Assembly: GCF_009914755.1 (NCBI RefSeq)
Contig: NC_060929.1
Length of the DNA stretch: 64,000 nt
Origin: the human T2T-CHM13v2.0 reference genome, Homo sapiens
Reading direction: 5' to 3' (one strand)
Made by a program: the position numbers and the translations under genes. Shown one piece after another: positions 44,330 through 60,546 of this stretch. The notes beneath the pieces were generated by a model that worked only from the letters and a program-made list of their open reading frames with translations, made no database searches and was not told the origin of the DNA. Position 1 is the stretch's first letter. Every line of letters begins with the position of its first letter.

Positions 44330-45012
44330 TGAAAAAACACCACATTGAGCTATGATTGGCATTGAAAAAAGCTGTACGAATTTAACACGTACAAATTGAT
44401 GAGTCTGGAGGTAAGTACACTTCCACAAAACTGTGAAAGCAAAATGTCTTGGACCCCCAAAATCACTAAGGAAAACTCAACCTGGAAACTGCTTAGGGCA
44501 AAGCTGCCTCCCATTCTATTCTAAGTCATCCCTCTGCTCACTGAGATAGATGCACAACTAATTGCCTCCTTTGGAAAGGCTAATCAGAAACTCAAAAGAA
44601 TGCAACCATTTATCTGTCATCCATCTGTGACCTGGAAGCTTCCTCTCCATTTAGTCTTCCTGTCTTTGCTTCAAGTTGTCTTGCCTTTCCAGACTGAACC
44701 AATGTACTTCTTACATATATTTATTGATGTCTTATGTCTCACTAAAGTGTATAAAACCATGCTGTGACCTCGGGCACATGTCTCCAGGACTCCCTGAGGC
44801 TGTGTCAGGGGTGCATCCTCAACCTTAGCAAAATAAACTTTCTAAATTAACTGAGACCTGTCTCAGATTTTCTGTGTTCACAAAGCCATCACCATGATCC
44901 ATGTCTTGAATCTCTCCACTGCCACCAAAAGTTGTCTCTCACCTTCATATTCATTATTATCATTACTTTTTTTTGTGATAAGAGCACTTAACATAAGATC
45001 CATCCTCTTAGT
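44330..45012 (-). mobile_element. L1MB-like 3' end, split by the MER4A LTR
   Basis: aaaagctgtacgaatttaacacgtacaaattgatgagtctggagg... resumes after the LTR as ccatcaccatgatc...gtgataagagcacttaacataagatc. Confidence 0.7.
44432..44882 (+). mobile_element. MER4A/MER4A1 ERV1 solo LTR
   Basis: tgtgaaagcaaaatgtcttggacccccaaaatcactaagg...aaaataaactttctaaattaactgagacctgtctcaga...gttcaca. TG..CA ends; TSD aaac/aagc. Confidence 0.9.
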
Positions 45013-45279
45013 GATCAGCCAGAACTGGGTACAGGATGGTACCTCATGAAGCCTCCTTACCTAACCTGTGAGATGCCACGGAAAGGTTGCAACATCAAGT
45101 CAGGTATTGAACCAGGTATGTAAACTCCATTCAACTCCAACATTCTCTAATTCTTCAGATTTTTAAATGTCATTTTATAGCATGTGGGACGTTTTCATCT
45201 CATGCTACACAAACACCATTTACTTTAAAAGAATGTCAAGAAGGAAATATAATTTATTTTGTCAATCCTCATAAATTTG

Positions 45280-45766
45280 TAATTGAGACAGACCCCTATA
45301 ACAAAAGACAGATTAAAAAGACAGAAACAAGCTAATTAATGTATGCTGGGCATGCCGTGCATGAGAAACTTCAACTAAAGGTAACAGAAAGCAATGGCTT
45401 AGGACTCAGGCTTATATAGCACCTTCAGCAAACAACAGTGAATTTGTAGAGAAATAACAGGACAAAGGAAAGCAATTTTAGGCCTCTAAGCATGGGAAAC
45501 TGTGCAAAGAGAATATAGGAATAAACTAAAAGGTGAGCTTTATTTGCAGATACCTCTGGTGTCTTCTCTGAGCTGATAAGTCTCTGGTGGTTAATGTTTG
45601 TTCTCTCTGGTAGAGATGGGGCAGAATAGCTTTTGTCTTTGCAAATTTATGTTCTACTTTTAGGCAAACAGAGGAAGGGAAAAGAGCTTTGCTATATCTT
45701 TCTTCTTAATTGTCTTCAGCTCAACAAACCCTCATATTTTGAGGAGATATATTCTGGTCTCCCACA
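45280..45766 (-). mobile_element. MER34-family ERV1 LTR
   Basis: - strand start TGTGGGAGACCAGAATAT...CAAAATATG; acccctataacaaaagacagattaa. Confidence 0.75.
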
Positions 45767-45800
45767 ATATGTACCTCTAACCTGTTATAAAATCAAACAG

Positions 45801-45927
45801 TTTTAAGCATAGTATAGTTAAAAATACTTGGTTTTTATAATAGGTTTTACGAAATAATTTAAATCATAGTATATTAAAAATACTTGGCCTTATATCAAAT
45901 TTCATAATAACATTTTAAATCATGGTA
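45801..45927. repeat. Degenerate about 57-bp tandem repeat (about 2.3 units)
   Basis: catagtata(g)ttaaaaatacttgg occurs twice and a third unit (ttttaaaatcatgg) is cut by LTR7. Confidence 0.7.
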
Positions 45928-46354
45928 TCAGGCCTCTGAGCCCAAGCCTGCACGTATACATCCAGATGGCCTGAGGCAACCATAAAGTATGAAAGAATTG
46001 AAAGAGCCAGCTCCTGTCTTAACTGATTGACCAACCTTACGACATTCCATTATGACTCGTTCCTGCCCTGCCCCAACTGATCCATCAATCGACTTTGTGA
46101 TATTCTTCTTCTGGACAATGAGTCTTATGATCTCCTCACCATGCACCTTGTGACTCCCTCCTCTGCTGACGATAGATAACTACCTTTAACTGTAACTTTT
46201 CACTGCTTACCCCAGTCCTTTAAAACGGCCCCACCCCTACCTGCCTTTGCTGACTCTCTTTTCGGACTCAGCCCACTTGCACCCAGGTGAACTAAACAGC
46301 CTTGTTGCTCACACAAAGCCTGTTGACGGTCTCTTCACACGGACTCGCTTGACA
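45927..46354 (+). mobile_element. HERV-H 5' LTR (LTR7, older LTR7B/C-like variant)
   Basis: t(a)tcaggcctctgagcccaagc...tttgctgactctcttttcggactcagcccacttgcacccaggtga...ggtctcttcacacggactcgcttgaca. Confidence 0.92.
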
Positions 46355-46356
46355 TT

Positions 46357-46374
46357 TGGTGCCAGGACTCGGAT
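46357..46374 (+). promoter_or_regulatory. Retroviral primer binding site, tRNA-His
   Basis: tggtgccaggactcggat directly after the LTR; 16/18 match to the His PBS TGGTGCCGTGACTCGGAT. Confidence 0.85.
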
Positions 46375-46835
46375 CAGGGGACCTCCCTTGGGAGATCAAT
46401 CCGCCGTCCTCCTGCTCTTTGCTCCATGAGATAATCCACCTATGACCTTGGGTCTTCAGACCGGCCTAAGAAACACCTCACCAATTTTAAATTAGGAAAG
46501 CGGCCTCTTTTTACTCTCTTCTCCAACCTCTCTCACTATCCCTCAACCTCTTTCTCCTTTCAATTTCAATGCTACCCTTCAGTCTCTCCCTTCCCTTAAT
46601 TTCAGTTCCTTTCCTTTTCTGGTAGAGACAGAGGAGAAGCGTTTTATCCCTGAACCCAAAACTCCGGTGCTGGTCATAGACTGGAGAAGGCAGTCTTCCC
46701 TTGGTGTTTAATCACTGCAGGGACGCCTGCCTTGATCCTCCACCTTGGTGGCAAGTACTATCTCTTTTGGGTGGCAAGTGTCACACCCCCCCACCACGTC
46801 TCTACCCCTCTTTTCTCTAAACTTACCTTTTTACT

Positions 46836-48413
46836 ATGGGCAACCTTCTGCCTTCCATTCCTCCTTCTTCCCCCTTAGCCTGTGTTCTTAAAAACTTGAA
46901 ATCTCTTCAACTCTCACCTGATCTAAAACCTAAGCATCTTATTTTCTTCTGCAACACTGCTTGGCCCCAATACCAACTTGATAATGGTTCTAAATGGCCA
47001 GAAATGGCACTTTCAATTTCTCCATCCTACAAGATCTAGATAATTTTTGTCAAAAAATGGGCAAATCATCTGAGGTGCCTGACATCTAGGCATTCTTTTA
47101 CACATTGATCTCTCCTTAGTCTCTGCTCCCAAGGCGAGTCGTCCCAAATCTTCCTTCTTTCCATCCCGCCTGTCTCGTCAGTCCCAACCCCAAGTGATGC
47201 TGAGTCCTCTGAATCCTCCTCTTCTGCAGACCCCTCTGACCTCTCTCCCCCTCCCCAGGCCACTCCTCGGCAGGCTGAATCAAGTCCCAATTCTTCCTCA
47301 GCCTCTGCTCTCCTACCCTATAACTCTTCTGTCACCTCCCCTCCCCACACCAGTCCAGCTTACAATTTTGTTCTGCAGCAAATACTCCCCAACCTGCCCA
47401 AAAATTTCCTCTTCAAGAGGTGGCTGGAGCTGAGAGCATTGTCAGAGTTCATGTACCATTTTCTCTATCAGACCTTTCCCAAATTAATCAACACTTAGGC
47501 CCCTTCTCATCAGACCCCACTAAATATATACAGGATTTCCAGTATTTAACCCAGTCCTACAATTTAACTTAGAGTGACTTAAATATCATCCTAACTTCTA
47601 ACCTTTCCCCAGATGAGCGGGATAGAGTTTATAGCCTAGCCCAATCTCACACTCACACCTGCTGGCATCATGAGCCAGACCTTCAGGAAGGCATCAGGGA
47701 ACTTCCCGGAGAAGATCCCCGATAGGAATACCAGACAGGCTCCCCAGGTACAGCTAGGAGAGATTATATGATTTCCTGCCTAGTTGAAGGGCTTCAAAAG
47801 GCAGCTTACAAAGCTGTTAATTATGACAAACTTAAATAAACTTCCAAGGTAAAGACAAAAACCCAGCCCAGTTCATGGCCCTTTTGGCAGCAACCCTGAG
47901 ACACTTTACTGCCCTAGACCCAGAAGGGCCAGAAGGCCGTCTTATTCTCAATATGCATTTTATTACCCAGTCCACTGCCAACATTACAAAAAGCTCCAAA
48001 AATTAGATTCCGGCCCTCAAACCCCACAACGGGAATTAATTAACCTTGCCTTCGAGGTGTACAATAACAGAGAAATGGTAGCCAAGTGGCAACGTATTTC
48101 TGAGTTGCAATTACGTGCCTCCACTTTGAAAGAAACCCAAGCCACATCTCCAGCACACAAGAACTTCAAAACGCCTAAACCACAGTGGCCAGGTGTTCCT
48201 CCAGGACCTCCTCCCCCAGGATCTTGCTTCAAGTGCTGGAAATCTGGCCACTGGGCCAAGGAATGCCTGCAGCCCAGGATTCCTCCTAAGCCATGTCCCA
48301 TCTGTGCAGGACCCCCACCAGAAATTGGACTGTCTACGTAGCCCGGCAGCCACTCTCAGAGCCCCTGAAACTCTGGCCCAAGGCTCTCTGACCGACTTCT
48401 TCCCAGATCTTCT
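46836..48413 (+). pseudogene. gag: HERV-H gag remnant (MA, CA, NC) with stops and frameshifts
   Basis: MGNLLPSIPPSSPLACVLKN...LIFFCNTAWPQY (MA); caaggtaaagacaaaaacccagcccagttc (MHR-like QGKDKNPAQF); CCHC finger CFKCWKSGHWAKEC; second finger CPICAGP is frameshifted. Confidence 0.88.
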
Positions 48414-48474
48414 AATCAGAAACTCAAAAGAATGCAACCATTTGTCTCTCACCTATCTGTGACCTGGAAGCTTC
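48412..48474 (+). mobile_element. 63-bp internal piece of a MER4A LTR at the HERV-H breakpoint
   Basis: 59/63 identical to 44580-44642 of this window. Confidence 0.9.
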
Positions 48475-48640
48475 ACCATCAACACCCAAAGCTGAGATTC
48501 CAATTAAACTAGTCTCTGTATTCTCTGTGGCACGCACTTTAACTACAATGTAAGTATTGACCATCAGCACTAATACATTAATACTTTTATGTACTTTGTG
48601 CATGACTGCTAGTCCCCATGGATAATATATAGTGCTATTA
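48471..48640 (+). pseudogene. NUMT: partial mitochondrial tRNA-Pro (antisense) plus start of the control region
   Basis: caccatcaacacccaaagctgagattccaattaaactagtctctg vs recalled mtDNA CACCATTAGCACCCAAAGCTAAGATTCTAATTTAAACTATTCTCTG. Then aagtattgac...atgtactttgtgcatgactgctagtccccatggata vs AAGTATTGAC...ATGTATTTCGTACATTACTGCCAGCCACCATGAATA, in the same order and with similar spacing. Confidence 0.85.
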
Positions 48641-49014
48641 CATAAATTTTCTCATCAATATTTAATACAATACCTACCATATACAAAAAGTATGGTAATC
48701 TGAAAATCTTGTCTTCTATCCAAGTGTGAAAGCTTAGATGAGCAAGCCTCTTACATGAAACCAGAGCCACGTTTCTGCACGAATTATTCGTTGTACTGTG
48801 TGGTCTTACTTCCATTTTATCAACTCTCAGAGGCTGTGCTTTGTGACACTGATTTTACAAGGTGATTTCTTGTGAGCCTAAAAATGTAGACAGAAGGGGA
48901 GATTACCCAGTAAGGACTTCCTAGATCTGGTAGGGAATGAAAAAGTTTATTGATTCACTCAGTTTTACTGTGAGGAATTTTACAATAAAAACATCAATAA
49001 TTTAAAAGTTCACT

Positions 49015-50480
49015 ATAGATGTCGGTTTTCAGCTTGGACATGGGAAAAGCTGATAAGAAGGTTACTTTAACACAGAAAGAAAAAAAAATCTGAACAAATT
49101 GCAAATCGATGACTTCCTGCACCTATCAGAAAGTTCAAGGCACAGGGCAAACAAGCACAAGCAATCTGAAATTTAGACAAAGAGAGGAGCCTGCAGAGCC
49201 AAATAGAAATGGAGTATTTGCCTGCCTGGACAGACACCATCAAATCCTACATACGCTGTACAGAAAATTCAGCTACAAAGTTCCTAAATTGCTACAGGCT
49301 CAGCATGGGCTAGAATGGGACTGTGAAGCTCCTGAAGCTGGCAAGCTTCCTCTCCAGAAACCCCACCATGAGCTCACAGGAGGCTCAGGGGGAGTCCCAA
49401 GAGAGCATCCCTCATGGTGCTGGGGAGTGGAGCAGAACGGCAAGAACAGGAGAAACTCTCCCAGAGTTATTTCCCCCATTTATTATATGGTAACAAGCCT
49501 TAATCTGTAGATGAAACAACAACAAAAACTGTTTCCTTAAGGCACAGCACAGTACAAACCCACTGCAGCTGGAGGAGGAGAAAAGCAGCCACTATTAAAA
49601 GTTCATCCAGACCCACCCCTTCTATCTCCCGTAGGAAACATCAACAACCACAGCCTAATCTCCAGGGGAAAGAGGCACGAAGCTGTGACATGAGGTACTG
49701 ATGGAAACCAGTACAGCTGGGGAACAGAAAGGAAAATTTAAATAATAGTAATTAAAAATACCTTCTACCCCTGGGGCCCAGCACAACAGATGAAAGGGCA
49801 GGAGCCCCTCGTGTGAAGGCCATGCTCCAGGCACCAGTTCCACAGTGTTTAATCAGAATGTCAGAGCTAGTCCTTCTCCACTGCAACCCCACAATAACGC
49901 TTCAGGAAAAATAACAGAGGAACACAACGATGAGAGTTGCAGAAGACAAATTATCTCTGTCAAGCAGCGTAAAGGGAAAACTCATGAGCCCACGGAAGGG
50001 CCAGCAGGAGTCATGAAGAAAACCTCACTGGCAAAGGAACTGACACTTTAAACACAGAAACTAGAGAAAGATCTTGTAGGGTAACTTGAAGCCTAGGCTG
50101 CCCTGAGGGTAATAGTCACAACAAAACCCTTCAAATCCAGTTTGTCTCCTGATGACATCAGTACAAATCACCCAATTAATAATTTAACAGAAGGAAAGGG
50201 TGCTCAAGTTCAAGCACTAAGGAAGGTATTTCAGTATCCACTATCCTGTACAGCTTATCCAAATTGTGTGTGAATGTGTGTGTCTACCTTACAAAAAAAA
50301 GGAACAACAAAAAATACAGTCCACAGAAATAAAGCAATGATCAGAATCAGATTCAGAGATAACATAGATATTGGAACTAACAGGCAGGGAAATTAAAATT
50401 CCTATGATTAATATGTTAACATTTGTAATGGTAAAGATAGAGGATATGAAAGATGAGAAAAATAGTTTTAGCAGAGAGAT

Positions 50481-50485
<5 letters not shown>
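49015..50485 (+). mobile_element. Old L1M 5' UTR / ORF1 start
   Basis: aatctgaacaaattgcaaatc...tcagaaagttcaaggcacagggcaaaca; cagattcagagataacatagatattggaactaacaggcagggaaattaaaat..ctatgattaatatgttaa. Confidence 0.65.

Positions 50486-50976
<491 letters not shown>

Positions 50977-51013
<37 letters not shown>
50977..51013. repeat. (TG)n microsatellite
   Basis: About 17 TG units. Confidence 0.95.
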
Positions 51014-51016
<3 letters not shown>

Positions 51017-52170
51017 ATTCCTTTTACATAGATAAGTCAGTTAGCAATAAATAGCAACAGGTAAATTTCCTTTCTCCAAAGCACGGGAAAAAACACATGA
51101 TATAGGTAATAAATTTGGATCTAAACAATAAAGAAAAAGTTTTTAAATGGAATATATAAACATAAAATACAATTTTTTTCTTATTCTTAATTGCTCAAAA
51201 TGTAACAATATATTTTTCACCATTTATTCTTACCATCTACTGTTATTTAAATTAGTAATCATAATACTATACATATAAAGTAAAAATATTGTTCTTTAAA
51301 AGATAAAATTTATGAAATTCAAGCCAGAATGGAGCAAGAGGGGAAGAGCGAATACAAATTATCAATATCAGGAATGAAAACGGGAAATTATTGTTGAATA
51401 CAGAGACAATGAAAGGATAAAAAGGATTTCTACAAACAACTCTGGTCTTTTTTCATAAATTCAGCAACTCAAATGAAATGGAGCAAGTTCTTGAAAGAAA
51501 TAAACTACTGAACCTCATTTGAAAATAAATATTTATTTTCAAGGCACCTTATATATTAAGTAAATTGAAAAGAATGAAAAATCCAGGCACAAATTTTCTT
51601 TATTGCTGAATTCTGCCAGATGTTAAAGGAAGAAACAATATCATTATATACAATATCCTTGAAAAACAGAAAAAGAGGAAACTCTTTTAAACTCATTTTA
51701 TGGAACCAGTTTTACTCAAATACTAAAACCAGAAAAAGGTATTTTTTAAAAAAGAATATACAAATGAATATTCCTCATGAATAAATATGCAAAAATTCTT
51801 AACTTATCAAATTGATATCATCAATATAAAATGATGATACATCAACACCAAGTGTGATTCATTCTAGGAAGCCAAGGCTGGCACAACGTGAAGAAATCAA
51901 TAGTTGTGATCCAACATTTTAACAAACTAAGTAGAAAAATCCATATAATCATCTCAATAATTTTTTAAAAAAACATTCACAAATTACTATCTTTATTAAT
52001 GATTTTAAAACTAGAAGAAAACTAGAACTAGAAGGAACATCCTTTCCCTAGTAAAAGAAATCTATAAAACCTTACATCTAACATTAGGCTCAATTATGAG
52101 AGACTGAATGATTTCTTCTCAAGATCAAGGACAAGACAAATATGTCTTCTGTCACACTCCTATTTAACAG

Positions 52171-52555
52171 CTAATGTGGTTTGAATGCTTGTCCCTTTCC
52201 AAAGCTCATGTTGAAATTTGGTTGCCATTGTGGCAGTGTTGGGAGGTAGGACCTACTGAGAGATATTTAGGTTGTGAAGTCCCTGCCCTCATTAGTGGTT
52301 TAATGCCATTTTATGAAGGATTTGGGGGAGTGGGCTACCTTTTAGCTGTTCTGCCTTTCTGCCACATAAGGAAAAGTGTTTCCCCTCTCCCAGGGATCCA
52401 AAGTTCAAGACAACATTTTGGAAGTGGAGAACAGGTCTTTACCAGACACCAAACTTGCTGAAGCCTTGATATTAGATTTCCCAGCCTCCCAAACTGTAAG
52501 CCAATGAATTTATATTTCTTATAAATTGCCCAGTCTATAATATTCTGTAATAAAC
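52171..52555 (+). mobile_element. MSTC/MSTD-like MaLR solo LTR
   Basis: tgtggtttgaatgcttgtccctttccaaagctcatgttgaaatt...ttcccagcctcccaaactgtaagccaatgaattt...taaattgcccagtct. Confidence 0.85.
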
Positions 52556-52750
52556 TCTAATATTCTGTAATAAACAGTCTTTCTTAGCATGATTGCCTAT
52601 GTAGAATATCCCAAAAAAATCTATAGGAAAGCACCTAGCACTAATAAGTGAATTTACCAAGTTGGGGGATTCAAAGTTAATGTAAAAATACAAATTGTAT
52701 TCTTATATACCAGCAATAAATAATTGGTAATAGAAACAACAAAAAAAATA

Positions 52751-53056
52751 GGCCAGGCACAGTGGCTCACACCTGTAATCCCAACACTTTGGGAGGCTGA
52801 GGCAGGCAGATCATGAGATCAGGAGAGTGGGACCATCCTGGCCAATATGGTAAAACCCTGTCTCCACTAAAATACAAAAAATTAGCTGGGAGTGGTGATG
52901 CGTGCCTGTAGTCCCAGATACTCAGGAAGCTGAGGCAGGGTAATCACTTGAACCCAGGAGGCAGAGGTTGCAGTGAGCCAAGATCATGCCACTGCCCTCC
53001 AGCCTGGTGAAAGAGTGAGCCTCTGTCTCAATAAAAAGAAAAAGAAAAAAGAAAAA
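52751..53056 (+). mobile_element. AluSc-like SINE
   Basis: gatcatgagatcaggaga, accatcctggccaa, cagcctggtgaaagag. Confidence 0.9.
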
Positions 53057-55117
53057 TATACTTACCATTTATAAATAGCACCAGAAATAAAATACTTATG
53101 TATTCATCTAACAAAAGGGTGTACAAATTTTGCATTCTGAAGACAACAAAAGATAGATGATAGAAATGGAAGAAAATCTAAATAGAAATGTATACCATGT
53201 TTATGGATTGGAAATATATACCATGTTTATGGATTCAATAAGGTTAATCTATTGATTCAGTATGGTCCTCTTTAAGAAAAAACCTGCAATGCTTTTAGAA
53301 AGATAATTGTAAAATTTATATAGAAAGGCAAAACAACTAAAATATCCAAAATAATTCTGATAAAGGAAAAGATACGTAGAGAATGTACAATCCCTGATTT
53401 AAAAACTTGTTATAAATCTAAAGTAATTAAGACAGTAGTGTATTATGCAAAAGAGAAACACATAGATCAATAGCATAGAGAATCCAGAAATAGATACATA
53501 CTAATACAGTCACTTATTGACAAATTGCAATGTTAAATCCATGATGATGTGTCTTTTAAACAAATAGTCCTAGAACCAGCATGTGAAAAAAAAATGGACT
53601 TCAACACATATTGCATTTCTTATACATTTCTCATTTTTAATCCAGTTAATGTCTTAAAAATTAACTGAAAATGAATAATAAGCCTAAATATAATTGTAAA
53701 ATTATAACACTTTGAAAAGAAAATGTAGGACAAAATCCACATGATCTACAGTTTGGAAATGAGTTTTTAGATATAACATTAAAAGAACAATATATGAAAT
53801 TAAAAAAAAAGACTTTATCAAACCTAAAAATTTATCTGTGAAAGCCTCTGCTAAGAGAAAAGAGAAGCATGCCAAAAACTTGGACAGAATATTTGCAAAT
53901 CACGTAATCAGATAAAGGATTGTAGCAAGAATATATAAAGAACTGTTAAACATAACAATTATATAAACATTCAATAAAAGTAGTTGCAAATATCTGATGA
54001 AGCACTTCATTCAAGATAATATGTGGGCGACAAATGAGCATATGAAAAAATATTCACAACCATTAGTAATCAGGGAAGTGCACATTTAAAACACAATGAG
54101 ATACCTTAATTAGAGTGGCTGTATATATATAAATTAATACTAGCAATTGTCAGATATGATGTGGATCAACAGAAACTTGCATTCATTGGTGGTGGAAATC
54201 CAATAGTGTGAAACCACTCTGAAACAGTTTGGCATTTTCTTTTACGTATATTGAAAACTCGAATACACACAAAATCTTACTTGTGAATTTTTACAGTAGC
54301 TTTATTCATAATTTCCTAAAAATGGAAATAACTCAGATGACCTTATGTGACAGAAATGGCACACTACTCGTAAAAAAAAAGATCAAACCGTTCATGAACA
54401 ACATGTATGAATCTTAAATGTATGTTGCTAAAGTGAAAGAAGTCAGTCCCAAAGGAAACATATTATAATCCATTTTACGTTATGGTCTGCAAGAATCAAA
54501 ACTATAGGGAGAGGAAAACAGATTACTGTTCGCCAGGGTTTGAGGAAGAGTAAGGTAAGGGGCTGGGGCACACAAGGAAATTTTCACAGGGATGAGACTG
54601 TTCTGTTCTCTAGGGGACTGTCGTGAAGGATACAAGATTGTATTCAATTCTGAGGAGCCATTGAACTTTCTTTCATAAAGTTTGACTTTTATTGTATCAA
54701 GAAAAATTTACCAGCATGTTAGGAGAAATCCAGGATGGAATGCAGACTGTGACAGATGAATGTATCTCATTACAAGTTTATGATATAATCTTAAGGTGGG
54801 AAAGGAGTTCACCTGAGTAACTTTGAAAAACATTTTTTATGTGGATACTATAAGGTTAAAGTCAAAAAAGCCTGTACACAGACACTGTGCTGTAGTTGGT
54901 AAATGTGTGTCTCTCGGGGTTACACTTTAGCAATTATGAAGATACTTTTGACGAATACTAGGGTTTAACAAATAAATATATTGTACATCATGTGAAAGTT
55001 TGATTTCTGGATTTCTCAAAGAAAGAAAGAAATTTTGAGTAATCAGTGAGGAGAAACGGAATGAACTCTATAGTGCTAGATTAAGGTCAAGGGTATCAGA
55101 ATAAACACAGTTTCACT

Positions 55118-55172
55118 GTCTCTCTCTCTCTCTTGTTATTCATAAACATAGATATGTATATATATATCTATG

Positions 55173-55203
<31 letters not shown>
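55118..55203. repeat. (TC)n/(TA)n/(CA)n compound microsatellite
   Basis: tctctctctctctc...atatatatat...acacacacacacacacacacacacacac. Confidence 0.9.
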
Positions 55204-55901
55204 AGCTCTGCCTACTTAAAGGGAATTAAACTACCTACACCCCGTAGAATTTAGCACATCTAGCACCCAGATCTTGGTTTCAAAATACCATTCTCCAACA
55301 CAAAAACAAATGTTTCCTAGAGAAATGGCTTATTCTACAATTAAAACGGGGAAAACAAAAGATTATACTGGATAGTCTTGTAATTACAGAAAGTGTTTAA
55401 AGAAAAGAAAAAAAAAGAAGGATGGAGATGGGAGTATATCCAAAAGATGTAAGAACATATCAACAGAGCTCTCAATGTTCAAAGCCGGAACAGTTTGAGC
55501 CACAAAATAAATAAAAACGAATTGGATTATAACTCAATGGATAAAATAAATATTCCTGGGTCCATGCTGATATATATGTTAATATACAATGCTCTATGTT
55601 ATATACTAATTGTGTCATATAAATACATGATCTAATATGCTATATTTATATAATACAGCATATTAATTACAACAATTCATAAAATATATGAATGTTGTAT
55701 ATAATACATATCATATTAATATATTAATGATGTACTTGGGATGAATACTGTGCATGAATAATTTCCGTACTATTATAACATTTTAAATAAATCTGTCTAA
55801 TGCTGTATTCAGTATAAGGAACCATTTGACTAACAAACCTAGAGTTGCATGTTTCAGGTTGTCTTTTATCAGTAATCAGATTGACAATGTGGCCTTGATT
55901 A

Positions 55902-57320
<1,419 letters not shown>

Positions 57321-57359
57321 AAACTCACGGCACATTTGTGAAAATCCATTTAGGCAAAT

Positions 57360-59765
<2,406 letters not shown>

Positions 59766-60189
59766 CTGGGGTTCCAAACGAGCTCATTTTCTTCTTCTTT
59801 TTTTTCAGAGTCCTCTTTTGCTTGTGTCCTGAATTATTTCCAGGGTTTACAGTTGTACTTTACAGGGAGGAGCAGGGAAAGAGAGAAGAATATGCTACCT
59901 GTCCCACTGGAAATCTTATGGTCTTTCTTTTAATGCTCTGTTTATTTCTTGTAAACTTGTGAGGAAGAGAAGTTTTAGGAACTTCCTTGGTTATCCCAGA
60001 AGGGAAACTTAAAATTTGTTTTGTGGGCTTTCTTGAAGTTATCAAAAAACAAATTTAAAAAGTATAGATGTTCCCGTAGGAACATCTTTTTACTTCTTCA
60101 TGAAAGTTGAGAAATAAAATAACCTTACACTTCTCTGTCCCCATAACTTCAACTTGTGGACCTACACCACCATTTTTTAGAAAAAAATG

Positions 60190-60412
60190 TCTGTGGTGAC
60201 AGAAAGCGATTAATACTTGCCTTTTCAGTATTGATGATTAGAGGTAGGGGATTGATTACAAAGGTACACTGGAAATATGTTAGCTGAAGGATATGTACTA
60301 TATCTTGATTGGGTGGTAGTTACACACTTACATACAATTGATGAAACTTTATGAAGTACACAATTAAATTGGGAGAACTCTATTGTACATAATTCATAGC
60401 TTAAGAAGGCTG
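60190..60412 (+). mobile_element. L1ME-like 3' end
   Basis: gtggtgacagaaagc...atgtactatatcttgattgggtggtagttacac...attgtacataattcatagc. Confidence 0.7.
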
Positions 60413-60508
60413 GGAAATATAAAGTAGAGAAAAAAACAGTAAAAATGAAAATCTTTATAATACTCTGTTTTGTCTTAAATGGTAAAAAGTTTTCTAAGAC
60501 GGTAATCG

Positions 60509-60509
<1 letters not shown>

Positions 60510-60546
<37 letters not shown>

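Larger units (their letters stand above)
46355..48413 (+). mobile_element. HERV-H internal region (leader and gag), truncated; no pro/pol/env or 3' LTR follows
   Basis: Typical HERV-H leader (gggacctcccttgggagatcaatcc); ends at ttcccagatcttct. Confidence 0.92.
51340..55580 (+). mobile_element. L1MC3-like ORF2 plus long 3' UTR, interrupted by an MST LTR, an Alu and microsatellites
   Basis: Degenerate ORF2 motifs; 3' UTR ccaggatggaatgcagactgtgaca and cccagatcttggtttcaaaataccattctccaa...gagaaatggcttattcta. Confidence 0.8.

Noticed and set aside
48471-48518. Functional tRNA-Pro gene
   Set aside because: Only a partial mitochondrial-type tRNA inside a NUMT.
52538-53236. Short tandem duplications (taatattctgtaataaac x2 at about 52538-52575; tataccatgtttatggatt x2 at about 53190-53236)
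   Set aside because: Ordinary slippage duplications inside old repeats. There is no CRISPR-like repeat-spacer array anywhere in the window.
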